Source of the DNA: Felis catus
Taxonomy: Eukaryota
DNA length: 64,000 nt
Reading direction: 5' to 3'
Assembly (NCBI RefSeq): GCF_018350175.1
Contig: NC_058368.1
Span: forward strand, 162,752,001-162,816,000
Under the pieces are notes generated by a model. The model ran no database searches, had not been told where the DNA came from, and saw nothing but the letters and a program-made list of their open reading frames with translations. The position numbers were made by a program, and so were the translations under genes. Below, piece by piece: positions 27,561 to 38,794 of the stretch. Position 1 is the first letter of the stretch. The number at the start of each line of letters is the position of its first letter.

Positions 27561-30500
27561 CATACATACATACCACATCTTCTTAATCCATTCATCAGTT
27601 GATGTACTTTAGGGCTCTTTCCAAACTTTAGCTATTGTTGACAGCACTACTATAAACATTGGGGTGCATGTGCCCCTTCAAATCAGCATTTTTGTATCCT
27701 TTGGATAAATTCCTAGTAGTGCAATTGCTGGGTTGTAGGGGAATTCTGTTTTTAATTTTTTTGAGGAACCTCCACACTGTTTTCCAGAGTGGCTACACCA
27801 GTTTGCATTCCCACCAACAGTGCAACGGGTTCCCCTTTCTCCCTATACTTACCAATACTTCTTTCTTGTTTTGTTAATTTTAGCCATTCTGACTGGTGTG
27901 AGGTTGTATCTCATTGTGGTTTTGATTTGTATTTCCCTGATGATGAGTGCTTTTAAGCATCTTTTCAGGTATCTGTTTGCCATCTGGATGTCTTCTTTGG
28001 AAAACTGTTTATTTGCCCCATTTTTTCACTAGATTTTTTGTTTTGGGGGTATTGAGTTTGGAAATGCTTACTTTTTAACTGACACACACTTCTACAAGTT
28101 TATAAAACTATAACATAAGAAGCCAATTCCTCTGTCAACAAAATTGCACAAACATTTATGTATATAATTTTTTCTGAGAGCTAGAATTATTACTATCAGC
28201 TAAGAAAGTTCCAACCAGTCTAAAAATTAAGATGAGACAATTCTGTTCCAACGATATATTTATCCTCTTTATTTAAAAATATCTCTTAGGGGCGCCTGGG
28301 TGGCTCAGTCGGTTAAGTGGCCGACTTCGACTCAGGTCATGATCTCACAGCCCGTGAGTTCGAGCCCCGCATTGGGCTCTGTGCTGACAGCTCAGAGCCT
28401 GGAGCCTGTTTCGGATTCTGTGTCTCCCTCTCTCTGACCCTCCCCCGTTCATGCTCTGTCTCTCTTGGTCTCAAAAACAAATAAACGTTAAAAAATAAAA
28501 TAAAATAAAAAAATAAAAATATCTCTTAAATTCTTTTCTTCTTTTTGAATAGCTCTCTTTTTCATCCATTATATATTAAACAATGTATGTTCGAGGTTCT
28601 TTTCTTTTACTCTCTTAAGTTCTTTTTTTTTTTTCATTTTTTTGATGTTTATTTTTGAGAGAGAAAGAGAGACAGAGCACGAGTGGGGGGAGGGCAGAGA
28701 CAGAGGGAGACATAGAATCCGAAGCAGGCTCCAGGATCTGAGCTGTCAGCACAGAGCCCGACATGGGGCTTGAAACCACGAACTGTGAGATCATGACCTG
28801 AGCTGAAGTCGTACGCTTAACCGACTGAGCCACCCAGGTGCCCCTACTCTCTTTAATTCTAACATGCTTCACAGTTGAAGTATTTACCATGTATTATCAT
28901 GTCTCTTTGATTTTTAATAATGGTACTGTGAATAAATCTGAGAAAACAGTCAATACATGGAATTATAAATTGGATGGCCCGGGGTAGAAAGGAATCAGTG
29001 AGACCAACTACTTCTACTCTGCCAACTTTTCTTTTGCCCATTCCCAAAGTTAATCATCTACCTTTTACATGTAATAGAAACAACTATTTAATCTTCAGCC
29101 TAGAGAAAAATACTTTTATAGATAATTTGAACTACATGATTATACAGAAGCAAAGTTTTCCAGAGAAGGGGAATGGATAGATATTCTTTTCTATTAATCT
29201 TTTCTTTTTGGACAAACTGTCTAATATTGAAATATGGTGAAAAATGAGTATACTACAGCATTACTTTTATGACAATTGGAAAAAAAGTACTTGTTCTCTC
29301 ATCAACAAATAACATCAATGATTTAAGGCAGATTAATTATTGGGTAGTGAGTAACTGAATACAAACTAATAGTTTGAAAGATACTTGTACTTTGCATATA
29401 CATAAAGCAAGATTCCAGATAACACACAGGAAACAAATTTAGTTAAGTATACAGTAAGAAAGTGCCTATGTACAGTTTTATTGATTTTATTAACTGGAAA
29501 TAAAGGAAAACCGTAAGTATTAAGATTGCTACCCAGTATTTCCTAAAGACAAATGTTCAAAAGTTTGCATAGGCAGACAACTGAAATTCTATACAACAAT
29601 GAATTTTCTAGGGTTCTTATCAATTATACAAAAAACAACAGTTGGCCTAGAATTGGAATAAGACTCTTTGATTTTAACAAAAATGAATACCTGGTAAATG
29701 TTTTGGGAAGCATAAAAAAGGAATTATCAAAGACCAAGCAAAGAGCCAACACAGAAGAAATCCAATCCACCATGCCCCCAGCCATCGTGGATCATCTTCA
29801 GTAATATCTATGCTATACGACAGAAAAACAAAATGTAAAAGTCAACTTTACCTTGTTCACTAAAATTTAGTTATGATAACTATACTTTGTAATTCAAGTA
29901 CATATATAGGGGAATATTATTACAACATTCAACATTTAAAGCAGAGTCACTGTGATGAATCAGACAACAGAAAGCAGGCATAAATGAAAACTATAATAAT
30001 GGTTTACAAAGTATATCAAAATGGCACTATGACATAAAAGTGTAAAATATTTAAGAGTAAATATATATATGCTAAATATCTGAAAGCATACATAGAATTT
30101 CTAAACTACCTAATTTGGCTAAGTTTTTCTTCTCAACTATATTGAATACATCTTATAACAAATCACTGATCTGTGTTAAAAGCACATACACTGTGTCTTA
30201 AGGCATTCACTTAAACATAAAATTCGTTTTATTTATTTATTTATTGAGGTGTAACTGGCATACAATATTATATTAGTTTCAGGTATACAATATAATGTGA
30301 TATTACCATATATTACAAAATGATCACATTAAGTCTAACATCTTAGCTGCAGAAGTATTTTTCTTGTTTTGAGAACTTACAAGATTTACTGTCTTAGCAA
30401 CTTTCCAATATTCAGTACAGTATTACTAACTATAGTCATCGTGTTGTATATTACATCCCATGACTCATTTATAACTGTAAGCTTGTACCTTTTGACTCCC

Positions 30501-33500
30501 TTTACCCATTATACCCATCCCCCACCTATAACATATAACATATCCAAATGGTAGCCACAAATTTGTTCTCTGCATCTATGGGCTTATTTTTTTGTTTGTT
30601 TGTTTGTTTGTTTTTTAGATTTTACATATATATGAAATCATATAGTATTTGTCTTTCTCTGTCCTACTGTAAAGTTCTTCTTAAAGTAATTTCTTAAGGT
30701 TTATAACAGTTCCCATCATTTTAGATCAAGATATTTCTGGGGCTCCTGGGTGGCTCAGTCAATTGAAGGTCCAACTCTTGATCTCAGCTCAGGCCTTGAT
30801 CTCAGAGTCATGAGTTCAAGCCCCACACTGGGCTCCATGCTGGGCATGGAGCCTACTTAAAAAAAAAAAAAAAAAAAAAGGTTTCCCTCCCAAACACACC
30901 ATTACTGCAACTCATGTAATTCTCCACTGAAATTTAAAACCTTTCTTAAAAACCCAGCTCTCTGTTTCAAGGACTTCATCTGCACATCTTCTTATTTAGT
31001 TTCTAAAAATTAACCTGGGACTAACAGCTCAAAGAGCAAATCACATATCCATGACCACATTTTCTATTCATTACTCACAGTCACACAAAGGATTGCGCAG
31101 TTTTGATTCCTAGTGGTAAAATGAGAAAATATGGACTCACCAAAGGTTACTGACTTCTCTATATTCCAGAAAAAGAGAAGGTAACTCAGTGGTTAAAAGG
31201 AAGATTTGGGAGTCAAAGGTCTACTTGGATTTATGTCTTAGCCACTTAACAACCTCTGTATATCAACTACCTTATAGGATTATTAAAAGAATTAAATGAA
31301 GAAGTATGTAAAATAATGTAACACACAAAACCTATAAAAAACTATAGAAAATAGTATGGGATAAATAAGTATTACCTCTTATTATCCTCTATGGCCAGAG
31401 CTGAAACCACACAATTGCAATTCTTATGACCATATCAAAGCTACTACAGCACTTAGTTTGAGAGTCATAGACTTTTGAGACTTTTCAGGCTATCTACATC
31501 CAGCTAAATCTACTAAAAGCACAACTAATTTTGATTAAATTCTTCATTCTGAGCAATCCATGAAGTCCTAGAGGTATATTTTGAAAATTTTCAGATGACT
31601 ATTAACCATCCTTATTTATGAATAAATTTATTATACTAAGGGGTGGTATGGCATTAATTCATGAAGTGCAGATAAAGTATTATATAAATATTGTGTGTAT
31701 TCAGTTCTGTTTCCTGAAAAATCCCTCATGCTATCTGAGGAAATTCTTTGAAAACGTTCCATGATGTTAACATTATTAAAATAAAATAAACATATAAAAG
31801 AAAAAGAGATGTCGCCTTGCCTTTGTCCCATGTTCACATCAATGTACATGCTTAGCAGCTGTCCTCCCAACACATAACCAATAGCAGGGCCTAATACTGA
31901 CATAGAATAGCCAATTCCTGGAAGAACAAAGACATTGAAGACAGTCAACTGTACAATTGTGCTTTGAAAAGCTTACAGCAGTGAAGACAAATATTTTACA
32001 CTAGAAAAATCATGAAATGATTAGAATTACACCAAAATTACACATTTTCAGTAAAAAAAATACCATTGAATAGTACTTATCAAGTCAAACAGCTTAAAAA
32101 ATATTTTAAAAATAAATATAAAACATTTTAAATATAAATATTTACGTAATTCAGTGTATAAATTGTTAGACTGCAATAATCGCAATAAATCTAACAACTA
32201 TAAATTCCTGGAAAGTTACATTACGTTACTTGGTGGCAGAGGTAGTCCATCTACTACTACCCTTTGTGGATGGTGATATTAGCTACTGTTCACAATTCTT
32301 ATGGAAAAAATGATGTGAAATGAGAAGCCTTTTCTATTGTGTAGACACTCCAAAAGCAATCTGTATTTTGCACTACAGCAGCTGATTTTAAAACCTGGAT
32401 CTGGGCATTAGTCTGTTTCATAAAAGTAAGCCATTAATTTAAATTCCTGCACTTAGTGAATCTTCCACTTTAACTTGCAGCAGAATTAAACCAACCTTAT
32501 TTCTCTGATACTTAAATTTTTGCCATACATAACATTTAAATTTTTACCAAAAAAGATGTGTACATTAGTATCTTCATATATTACCACTTTCTGAATTTTT
32601 TATTAATTGCTGAGATTCTCATTCTCATATACAAAAGAACAAAATATAACATATCCAAAGCTAAGCATGTGTCAATGGCAAAAATGACTTATATACTTGA
32701 CCAAGTCTCCAAAGTAGAAGCCATGCAAGATGATCTGGAAACATATAAGAATTCTGAAGGACCAGAGTCAAGATTCTGAAGAGCGACATCTAAAAAAATG
32801 GGACTGATTTTTTTCCTACATATAGTGGCTGATTCTACAAGAGACACTGGGGGTTAGCAATCCTTGGTAGTGTCTGGGAAGGAGGGAAACCAAAGTTGTA
32901 GTTCAGGGCCCCTAACTTGGAAGTTATTAACTTCCTCTACCCTACATTTTACATTGGCACCTAGGAGGCTATACTCTAAAAGTAAGGGTGAATTACAAAT
33001 AGACTTGCTCACAAAGTAAATACAGCTTTGCTTCAAATAAACTCAACCTGCGAAGTCAGATAAAGGGCATCCCAGACTGCAGTGTTCCCAAATATATCAG
33101 AGATTGGGAGTTTATTAAAAGAGTGGGGTTTGGAGAAAAGTGGTACAAGTATAAAACACCTTTGTCAAAGTGAAATGAAAGAGATCCACAACAGACTCCT
33201 CAGAACTGAAGATTACCAACTGGAAAATACAATTAAGTCAGTAAATATTTATCGAGAAGCACAAAAAATAAAAACAAAGGATAAAAAATACAGAAAAGAG
33301 TAAGAGATGAAGAATGCGTTAAAAAAAAAAAAGGCTTAGCATACATGTAATTGGAGTTCTAGGAGAGGAGATAATAGGAAAGAAGTTATATTTAAATAAA
33401 TAATTATAGGAAATATCCTAAAGTCAATGAAAGTACAAAACAACATGTAAATCCAAAACATGTAAATCCAAGTCATATAAATCCAAAACAAGTTAAATAA

Positions 33501-36500
33501 AAGGAATTTTGCACCTATACACATCATATAAGTAAAACTGAAGAAAATCATATCAAACAGAAAAATCTTAAAAATGCAAACATATATAAGAAACATTGGA
33601 AGTGAAAAGACAAAGAAACAGTATTTTTAAAGTACTGAAAAAAAAAATCAACGGTCAACTAGTTATCTATTCCCAGTGAAAATATTTATCAGGGAAAGCG
33701 TTAAAAAAATTTTTACTTAAAGAGTTCTAGAACCTTTGTGATAAACAGGAATGTGATAAAAATATCAATTAATTTCAGAATTTCATAATATCAAGTTTGC
33801 GTATAAGGTCATTAGTAGATGAACAGTAAAGGATATTGATAAAAGGAGGAAATTGATAAAAGCAAAGAAATGAAATAATAAACTTTAAATTATCAAAAAG
33901 AAAGAAAAAAGGCTAAGAAATAAGAACATAGAGCAAATATGTTTTGCACATGTTAAGATGAAAGATTTAAACACAAAATAACATTAAATGAATTAAAAAG
34001 TTGGAATTAAAGAACAAAGATTGTTAACCCAATGAAAGCATCAAAGAAATAAGGGAATAAAGGGTGATTGGCCTGGAAAAGATTGTAAGGATTGAGATGT
34101 TACATTAACTACTCTTTTTAATTCACTCTAAAAGGTAGCAAATTTTGATTGTTTTCTTTTTGCCCCTTTTTGCCTTGTTATGTATAAAATTTGTTTCATA
34201 GAATAATGTATGCTACCAAAAATAGATACTGTTTTAAAAGAAAGAAAGAATGGAGGAAGATTTTGGAAATGGGGAAATAAAAAGAGATAAAAAGCATAAA
34301 AAAGGAAGTTTTTCACACAACAAAACTTAAATACCCACTAAAAAATACTGGTTATCTGAAATTGAAAAAAACATCAGGTATATAAGATACTATAATTAAG
34401 TGTTCATATTTTCCTTAACATAAAGAGATAAAATGTGTTTCCCAGTTCTGTTACTTCTGTTGTTTTCCTTTGCTCTCAAAAATTACCATTTGATAAATTC
34501 CTACAGTATAAGAAAGAGTTAACACAGCAGGCCTGTGACTGTTAACTTTAGAAAGACCTGTCTGCAAGGCTGGCCCTTGGCTGGCATTTGGGATTTATTT
34601 AACTGTCCAGAAGGATGCCACCATTCCCTAACTAATTAGGGTGCCTGCCTGACTGCACCTACACTGTACAAACAATATTGTTTTGCTGACCACTTGTATT
34701 CCTTTTAAGAGTCTAGAACTTTTACTACATGCAAGGCAAAGGGTCCCTACATGATCAACCCCCAATAAAGTCCTTGGACATTGAACCTCTAATGAACTTA
34801 ACTGGTAGAAAACATTTCAAACTCCTTGCTAGCAGAATCAATTGTGAACTGTCTGGCTCCACTAGGAGGAAGATAAATCTTCGAAGCTTGTACCTGGTTT
34901 TTGTCTGTACTTTTCCCTTTGCTGATTTTCCTTGGCATCCCTCCCTGTAAAAATTCACAGCTATGAATATGATTATATGCTAAGTCCAGCAAGTCCTCCC
35001 AGAGATTTATCAAATCTGGGACAGTCCTGTGGGCCTCCACTCTACCTACCGTGTTTAAATAATTTTTGAAAAACTTCCTAATTTTGTGTTACTAACACAT
35101 GAAGATTAAAACTGTTTTATGAGAATTACTGATCAGAAGAGGACTTCAGAAAGGAAATATGCTAAACTGAGAGAGTGAAAAGCATCATTACTAGCTAATT
35201 GAAATAAAAGCATTACTAATTAGTAAATGAAAGAGAAGCTATACAGATCAGCTAGAACTTGTAGAGAAAGACGATGAGACTTTGCAGAGAGACCAACACA
35301 AAACAAGTAGAGAAAACAACTAGAAGTGTAGTGGTTTTCATATTAAGGAAGAGCCTAAGAAGGTTTAATAGTCTCCATCAGGGCTGCTTTGAACATACTT
35401 GACTTCCAGTTACTATAGCAATAAGTTCTTGTTATACACCGAATGTTTGTGTCCCCTCAAATTCCTATGTTTAAACCTGGGATGTAGGTTTCCAGTGTGA
35501 TGGTAGGAGGTGAGATGTTTGGAACTGATTATGTCATGAGAGCAGAGCCTTCACAAATTAGATTAGTGCCCTTCTAAGAAGATGCCCCAGAAAGCCCTTT
35601 CTTACCTGCCATGTGAGAACACGAAAAAGATGGCTGTCTATGAACCAGGAAATGGGCCTCACCAGATCCTGAAACTGTGGGTACCCTGATCTTAGACTTT
35701 CCAGCCTCCAGGACCATGAGAAATAAATTTCTGTTGTTTACAAGCCAACCAGTGTATGGTATTCTGTTACAGCAGATTAAAAGAACTAAGGCAGCCCCCT
35801 ATATTAGAATAAGAAACTGATAAGATGAAAACTTACAGAATGTGAAACACATTAATTTGATGTAAGGCCACACACAGCCTAGTAAACTCTACCTTACAAG
35901 AATATCACAGAAGAAATTTAAGAGAAACTTACGCTACCAAAAATTAGGTTTAGCACCGCCTTTCCCCTCAACCCCCCTCCCCCAGCCACCAACCCAGAAT
36001 TGAGCCACACATAACCAGGATTAGTCTGAAATGAAAAGTCCACAGAGTTCTGGGTACTGTCTTGTGGTTTCTTTTGTTGACTCTAGTTAAGTCCATAAAA
36101 GATTTAGTAAATCAGGTAGAATGGCCAACTCAATCTCCCCACCCTGTGTAAATTAACCTGGAATTCAATTAATCCAGACAGCCTACTGCTTGGATGGCAG
36201 TTCTAGGAGGGCTGGCATGCCCGGAACAGGATATAGAGCGGGATGTCAACAAAACTCATAACCGCATTCAACTGAAGGACATGTGTCAGTAAACAATCAA
36301 AAAGGGTAATATTGCTCTATCTAATATTTATGGAAATTGAATAGAAATGCCTATGAAATTACAACTTTTCATAAGCATTATGTTATGCTTTTACTTATCA
36401 ATTTAAAAAGCAATGAAATGATACTGAAACATTTATTTTATAGGGAAAACTTACCTATGTAAAGAGAAGATTTGTGTGTGGGCACAGAATCATCAATAAA

Positions 36501-36637
36501 AGCTGTTCCCAGGGTATAAAGAGGAGTTCCTCCTGTTCCCAGCAAGAGTTGTCCCAAGATGAACACATACAAGTAGTTAGAAAGTGAAGAACTTGAAGAG
36601 GTACAACTGGTTCCATTCCTTGTTGCTGAGCAAGTAT
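2125..36637 (-). CDS. SLCO4C1: SLCO4C1/OATP4C1, partial spliced CDS (exons 3-13; exons 1-2 outside window). join(36637-36455,31917-31821,29812-29691,27029-26911,24846-24702,24346-24151,18358-18205,14631-14441,13100-13036,11546-11409,2282-2125)
   Basis: Exon lengths 183,97,122,119,145,196,154,191,65,138,158 splice in compatible phases to an uninterrupted frame. It has the OATP signature, Kazal-like Cys cluster and LYKPPP...EG* C-terminus matching OATP4C1 as I recall it. Confidence 0.96.
2495..2700 (-). mobile_element. Can-SINE (tRNA-derived carnivore SINE), 5' end clipped
   Basis: Reverse complement of GGCTCAGTCG.TTAAGC head, (CT)n linker and AATAAA/A tail. Confidence 0.9.
6568..7179 (-). mobile_element. 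Younger 5'-truncated carnivore L1 3' end nested in the older L1
   Basis: L1 3' UTR with degenerate A tail; TSD tt(c/t)AGTAGCAT(g/t)ttt around 6555 and 7180. Confidence 0.88.
7212..7434 (+). mobile_element. Can-SINE (feliform type) nested in L1
   Basis: TSD aaatctt(c/g)acatatttt at 7195-7211 and 7435-7451. Confidence 0.93.
7932..8142 (+). mobile_element. Can-SINE nested in L1
   Basis: TSD aaa(a/g)tctattttgtctga at 7914-7931 and 8143-8160. Confidence 0.93.
11409..11546 (-). CDS. SLCO4C1: SLCO4C1 exon 12 (138 nt): (G)[45 protein letters not shown](S)
   Basis: [13 protein letters not shown]...CG..GACWIYD OATP motif; acceptor ttcTAG, donor A|GTAAGT. Confidence 0.96.
12250..12345. mobile_element. 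MIR fragment
   Basis: tgtgtaaccctgggcaaat...aatctc...acct.a.tt.attcacctgaagatggg resembles the MIR core. Confidence 0.55.
13036..13100 (-). CDS. SLCO4C1: SLCO4C1 exon 11 (65 nt): (R)[21 protein letters not shown](G)
   Basis: [12 protein letters not shown] motif; acceptor cttTAG, donor G|GTATGC. Confidence 0.94.
14441..14631 (-). CDS. SLCO4C1: SLCO4C1 exon 10 (191 nt): [63 protein letters not shown](R)
   Basis: YNCSCI and AGKC motifs followed by a hydrophobic TM segment; acceptor ttgTAG, donor AG|GTATGT. Confidence 0.95.
15383..15600 (+). mobile_element. Can-SINE (feliform type)
   Basis: GGGGTGCCTGGATGGCTCA head; flanking direct repeat tcagagttta. Confidence 0.93.
18205..18358 (-). CDS. SLCO4C1: SLCO4C1 exon 9 (154 nt), Kazal-like domain: [51 protein letters not shown]
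   Basis: C-x3-C-x-C...PVCG..G..Y.SPC.AGC OATP Kazal pattern; acceptor tgaCAG, donor AAG|GTAACT. Confidence 0.96.
18622..18810 (+). mobile_element. MER20 (hAT-Charlie) remnant
   Basis: taggatg..tagcagcatccctggcctctaccca.tagatgccagtag...aaatgtctcc.gacattgc MER20 core. Confidence 0.8.
19040..20160 (-). mobile_element. Degenerate L2 (LINE-2), interrupted by a templated insertion at 19801-19943
   Basis: ttcatccattcaacc..taaacattgagc...tatgctagg L2 3' end pattern and purine-rich L2 body. Confidence 0.6.
19801..19943 (+). repeat. 143-bp direct duplication, copy 1 (copy 2 at 20953-21322, split by a SINE)
   Basis: Manual alignment: 5 substitutions in 143 nt. Confidence 0.95.
21063..21272 (+). mobile_element. 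Young CpG-rich felid Can-SINE
   Basis: GGGGCGCCTGGGTGGCGCAGTC...CAGGTCACGATCTCGCGGTCCGTGAG; TSD ttcctgaatattta at 21049-21062 and 21276-21289. Confidence 0.96.
21797..22014 (-). mobile_element. Can-SINE
   Basis: TSD aatcttaag at 21787 and 22015. Confidence 0.93.
22295..22510 (+). mobile_element. Can-SINE
   Basis: TSD aagaatttga on both sides; A tail. Confidence 0.93.
24151..24346 (-). CDS. SLCO4C1: SLCO4C1 exon 8 (196 nt): (G)[64 protein letters not shown](G)
   Basis: Overlaps ORF 24147..24365; acceptor ctcatCAG, donor GG|GTAAAT. Confidence 0.96.
24702..24846 (-). CDS. SLCO4C1: SLCO4C1 exon 7 (145 nt): [48 protein letters not shown](G)
   Basis: Overlaps ORF 24628..24843; [14 protein letters not shown] motif; AG/GT boundaries. 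Confidence 0.96.
26784..26876. repeat. Compound (GT)n(GA)n microsatellite, 34 nt into intron 6
   Basis: Direct reading; about 24 GT units with one interruption, then about 22 GA units. Confidence 0.97.
26911..27029 (-). CDS. SLCO4C1: SLCO4C1 exon 6 (119 nt): (G)[39 protein letters not shown]
   Basis: Acceptor gttttttTAG, donor AAG|GTAAAA; phase 1 to 0 bridges exons 5 and 7; [12 protein letters not shown] motif. Confidence 0.93.
27096..28062 (-). mobile_element. 5'-truncated carnivore L1 (ORF2 C-terminus plus 3' UTR) containing (GT)23(GC)4 at 27508-27561
   Basis: Peptide [35 protein letters not shown] aatgcttactttt at 27081 and 28063. Confidence 0.93.
28289..28513 (+). mobile_element. Can-SINE (felid type, CpG-rich)
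   Basis: TSD taaaaatatctctta at 28274-28288 and 28514-28528. Confidence 0.95.
28620..28844 (-). mobile_element. Can-SINE (felid type)
   Basis: TSD tactctctt at about 28608 and 28845. Confidence 0.94.
29691..29812 (-). CDS. SLCO4C1: SLCO4C1 exon 5 (122 nt): [40 protein letters not shown](G)
   Basis: OATP family signature D-x-RW-x-GAWW-x-GF-L; acceptor gtaTAG, donor G|GTATTC. Confidence 0.96.
30225..30662 (-). mobile_element. L1 3' UTR fragment
   Basis: ttattgaggt.taactggcatacaat...atcatatagtatttgtctttctctgtc; similar to the L1 3' end at 3735-4110. Confidence 0.8.
30739..30880 (+). mobile_element. Short Can-SINE lacking the (CT)n linker
   Basis: tRNA-like head followed directly by GGAGCCTACTT and a long A run. 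Confidence 0.88.
31821..31917 (-). CDS. SLCO4C1: SLCO4C1 exon 4 (97 nt): (G)[31 protein letters not shown](S)
   Basis: Acceptor cttcCAG; OATP motif [10 protein letters not shown]; the phase-compatible donor is AAG|GCAAGG (GC donor). Confidence 0.92.
32700..34100 (+). mobile_element. Very old L1M 5'/ORF1 remnant
   Basis: A-rich strand bias; acacctatacacatcatataagtaaaactg and atttttaaagtactgaaa resemble ORF1 motifs. Confidence 0.45.
33442..33490. repeat. 15-bp tandem repeat x3.3 (AACATGTAAATCCAA)
   Basis: Direct reading. Confidence 0.9.
34507..35042 (+). mobile_element. Solo ERVL-class LTR, MER68-like
   Basis: aagaaagagttaacacagcaggcctg...gcaaggctggcccttggctggcat...cccccaataaa matches the MER68 consensus as recalled. 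Confidence 0.75.
35430..35793 (+). mobile_element. Solo MaLR LTR (MLT1A/MST-like)
   Basis: TG...gaatgtttgtgtcccc start; gactttccagcctccag.ac..tgagaaataaatttctgttgttta..agcc...cag; aactaaggCA end. Confidence 0.88.
36455..36637 (-). CDS. SLCO4C1: SLCO4C1 exon 3 (183 nt): (D)[60 protein letters not shown](G)
   Basis: Acceptor ttttttgccccaaAG, donor G|GTAAGT; OATP motif GGTPLYTLG...IDD; NGT sequon. Confidence 0.95.
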   Translation of the reverse strand: MLAQQQGMEPVVPLQVLHFLTTCMCSSWDNSCWEQEELLFIPWEQLLLMILCPHTNLLFT

Positions 36638-37254
36638 CTTTGGGGCAAAAAAATTAAATTGTGAATTTACAGAAATTTATCTACCTGTCTTTATAAATCA
36701 GACTTGCCTAACATAACCTTCTTAATTTCTTTCAATCACTTCACTTTATTTTCAAAATACATATATTACTAAAGAACATTTATTAAATATTATGTTAAAA
36801 TATAGAAAACAGAACAAAACTGAGAAACATTACTTTAAAAATCATAATTCACAAAGTTTGGGGTAAATTAATGTAAACACAATTGAAGCATGTGGTGCCA
36901 GGGAAGGAGTTTTCAAATTAAGAAAAAAAAAAACAAACAAAAAAATTAGCCTTTATTTTTCTTTCCAAGTTCTAATACAGTATGAGAACCATAATGAATT
37001 CATCAATCAATACCTTAAACACATGTGAAAAGTATACTTAGGTTATAGTATATTTTGGCTAAAACAGTAATTTCTCAATGTTTACAGCAAAGCCATAATA
37101 TTTGAAGTTATGTCTAATTCTTTATTGTAGCTTGAACTATTTTATTAAATTTATTTTTTGAAGCAAGCTTTGGCTCTAGAGGATATTCTTCTGAATATCA
37201 TCAAAGGAAAAATGCTTATCTTTAAGATTTGATGCAAATTTTATGTATAAAATA

Positions 37255-37349
37255 TTTTATTTTATTTACTTATTTATTATTTATTTATTTATATTTGACA
37301 GAGAGAGAGAGAGAGAGAGAACATGCACACAAGTGCGGAGAGGAGCAGA

Positions 37350-37385
<36 letters not shown>

Positions 37386-37507
37386 CTTAAGCAGGCTCCA
37401 TTCTCAGCTTGGAACCTGACCATGGAGCTTTATCTTACAACTCTGGGATCATGAGAGAAGCCGAAATCAAGAGTCAGATGTCAACCGACTGAGCCACCCA
37501 GGTGCCC
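37255..37507 (-). mobile_element. Can-SINE with expanded (GA)n tracts
   Basis: gactgagccacccaggtgccc head on the minus strand. Confidence 0.92.
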
Positions 37508-38305
37508 TTGCACAGAATACTTATTTTTTTTAATGTAGAATATACCCTATAATTTTGTACATATTCAGATTATAAGAGGTTGATAAATATTCAGGCCGAT
37601 AATTTGTATCGATAACTGGGCTAAATCTGCATTGTTTGTGTTACCTCCTTTGCCATGTCAGATATTTGAACTGTGATTTCTGGTTTCATCATTCACTTTC
37701 TTGGAGGTAGTAGATTAGACTAAGGATAATCTCATTATTTGATACATTGCAAAATTGAACATACAGGTATTTCTTATTATTTTTCATATTTTTTTATGAT
37801 AGGTAAATATATTTTTTACTTATCTGGTAGGTATTTTGACCATGTGAGTATTCTCTGGGGTTTTGGTGTTTGTTTTTTTCTAGAAGAAGTAATACATGAA
37901 GTTTCAACATGTTTGTTTAAGTGAATTTTAAATACCACAGAAGATCAAGAGAAAGAAAAAATTCTCCCTTCCCCCATCTGTCTCCACTTTATCATCTTCC
38001 ATGTAACTCGGAGGGAGGTAATGACCTTTGTTAACAGCTCTTTTTATTTTTTTCAGACACTTTCTCACATATTCACATGTTTCCTATCCATTTACTGTTT
38101 CTACACAAGTACAGTCATACTAAACATACTACACCTATACGCAACAACTTCCAATTTTCACTTACATCCTGGACATCTTTGAAATTTAACTGTATTTAAA
38201 TTTCTTTGTTGGTACTGTCATAACATTCCATAGCATAAATGTCTTCTAATGTATCTACTTAATCCACAATTTACACTTAAAAATTAATAATTAATAACAC
38301 ATACT

Positions 38306-38510
38306 GGGGCACCTGGGTGGCTCATTCGGTTAAGCGTCCAACATCAGCTCAGGTCATGATCTCGCAGTTCATGAGTTCAGTTCCATATCACACTGTCGGC
38401 TGTCAGCACAGAGCCTGCTGTGCTGATTCTCTGTCTCCCTCCCTCTCTGCCCTCCCCTACTCACACATGCTCTCTCTCTCTCACTCAAAAATAAATAACA
38501 TTTAAAAAAA
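38306..38510 (+). mobile_element. Can-SINE
   Basis: Head ggggcacctgggtggctca; degenerate TSD aataaca(c/t)ata. Confidence 0.92.
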
Positions 38511-38794
38511 ATAACATATATTATTATATTATAAATATATTTAGGTCATTACAAACATGTTGTGATAGGTATTTTTATAATTTCCTTGGCATATTTATGC
38601 AAGTCTATATGTAGTAGTTTCCAAAAAGTGGAACTGCAAAGTCAAAGTGTATAAATATTTGTATTTTGATATTGCCAAACTATCTTATCAAAAATTTAAA
38701 CAAATATGCAATCATACCAGCAACACAGCAACATCTTCCATAATAAAATTAAATTACTACCAATCCCACTGGTTAAAAAATATCAAACACACAT

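Noticed and set aside
26706..27578. ORFs with [10 protein letters not shown] and THTHT runs
   Set aside because: Translations of dinucleotide microsatellites
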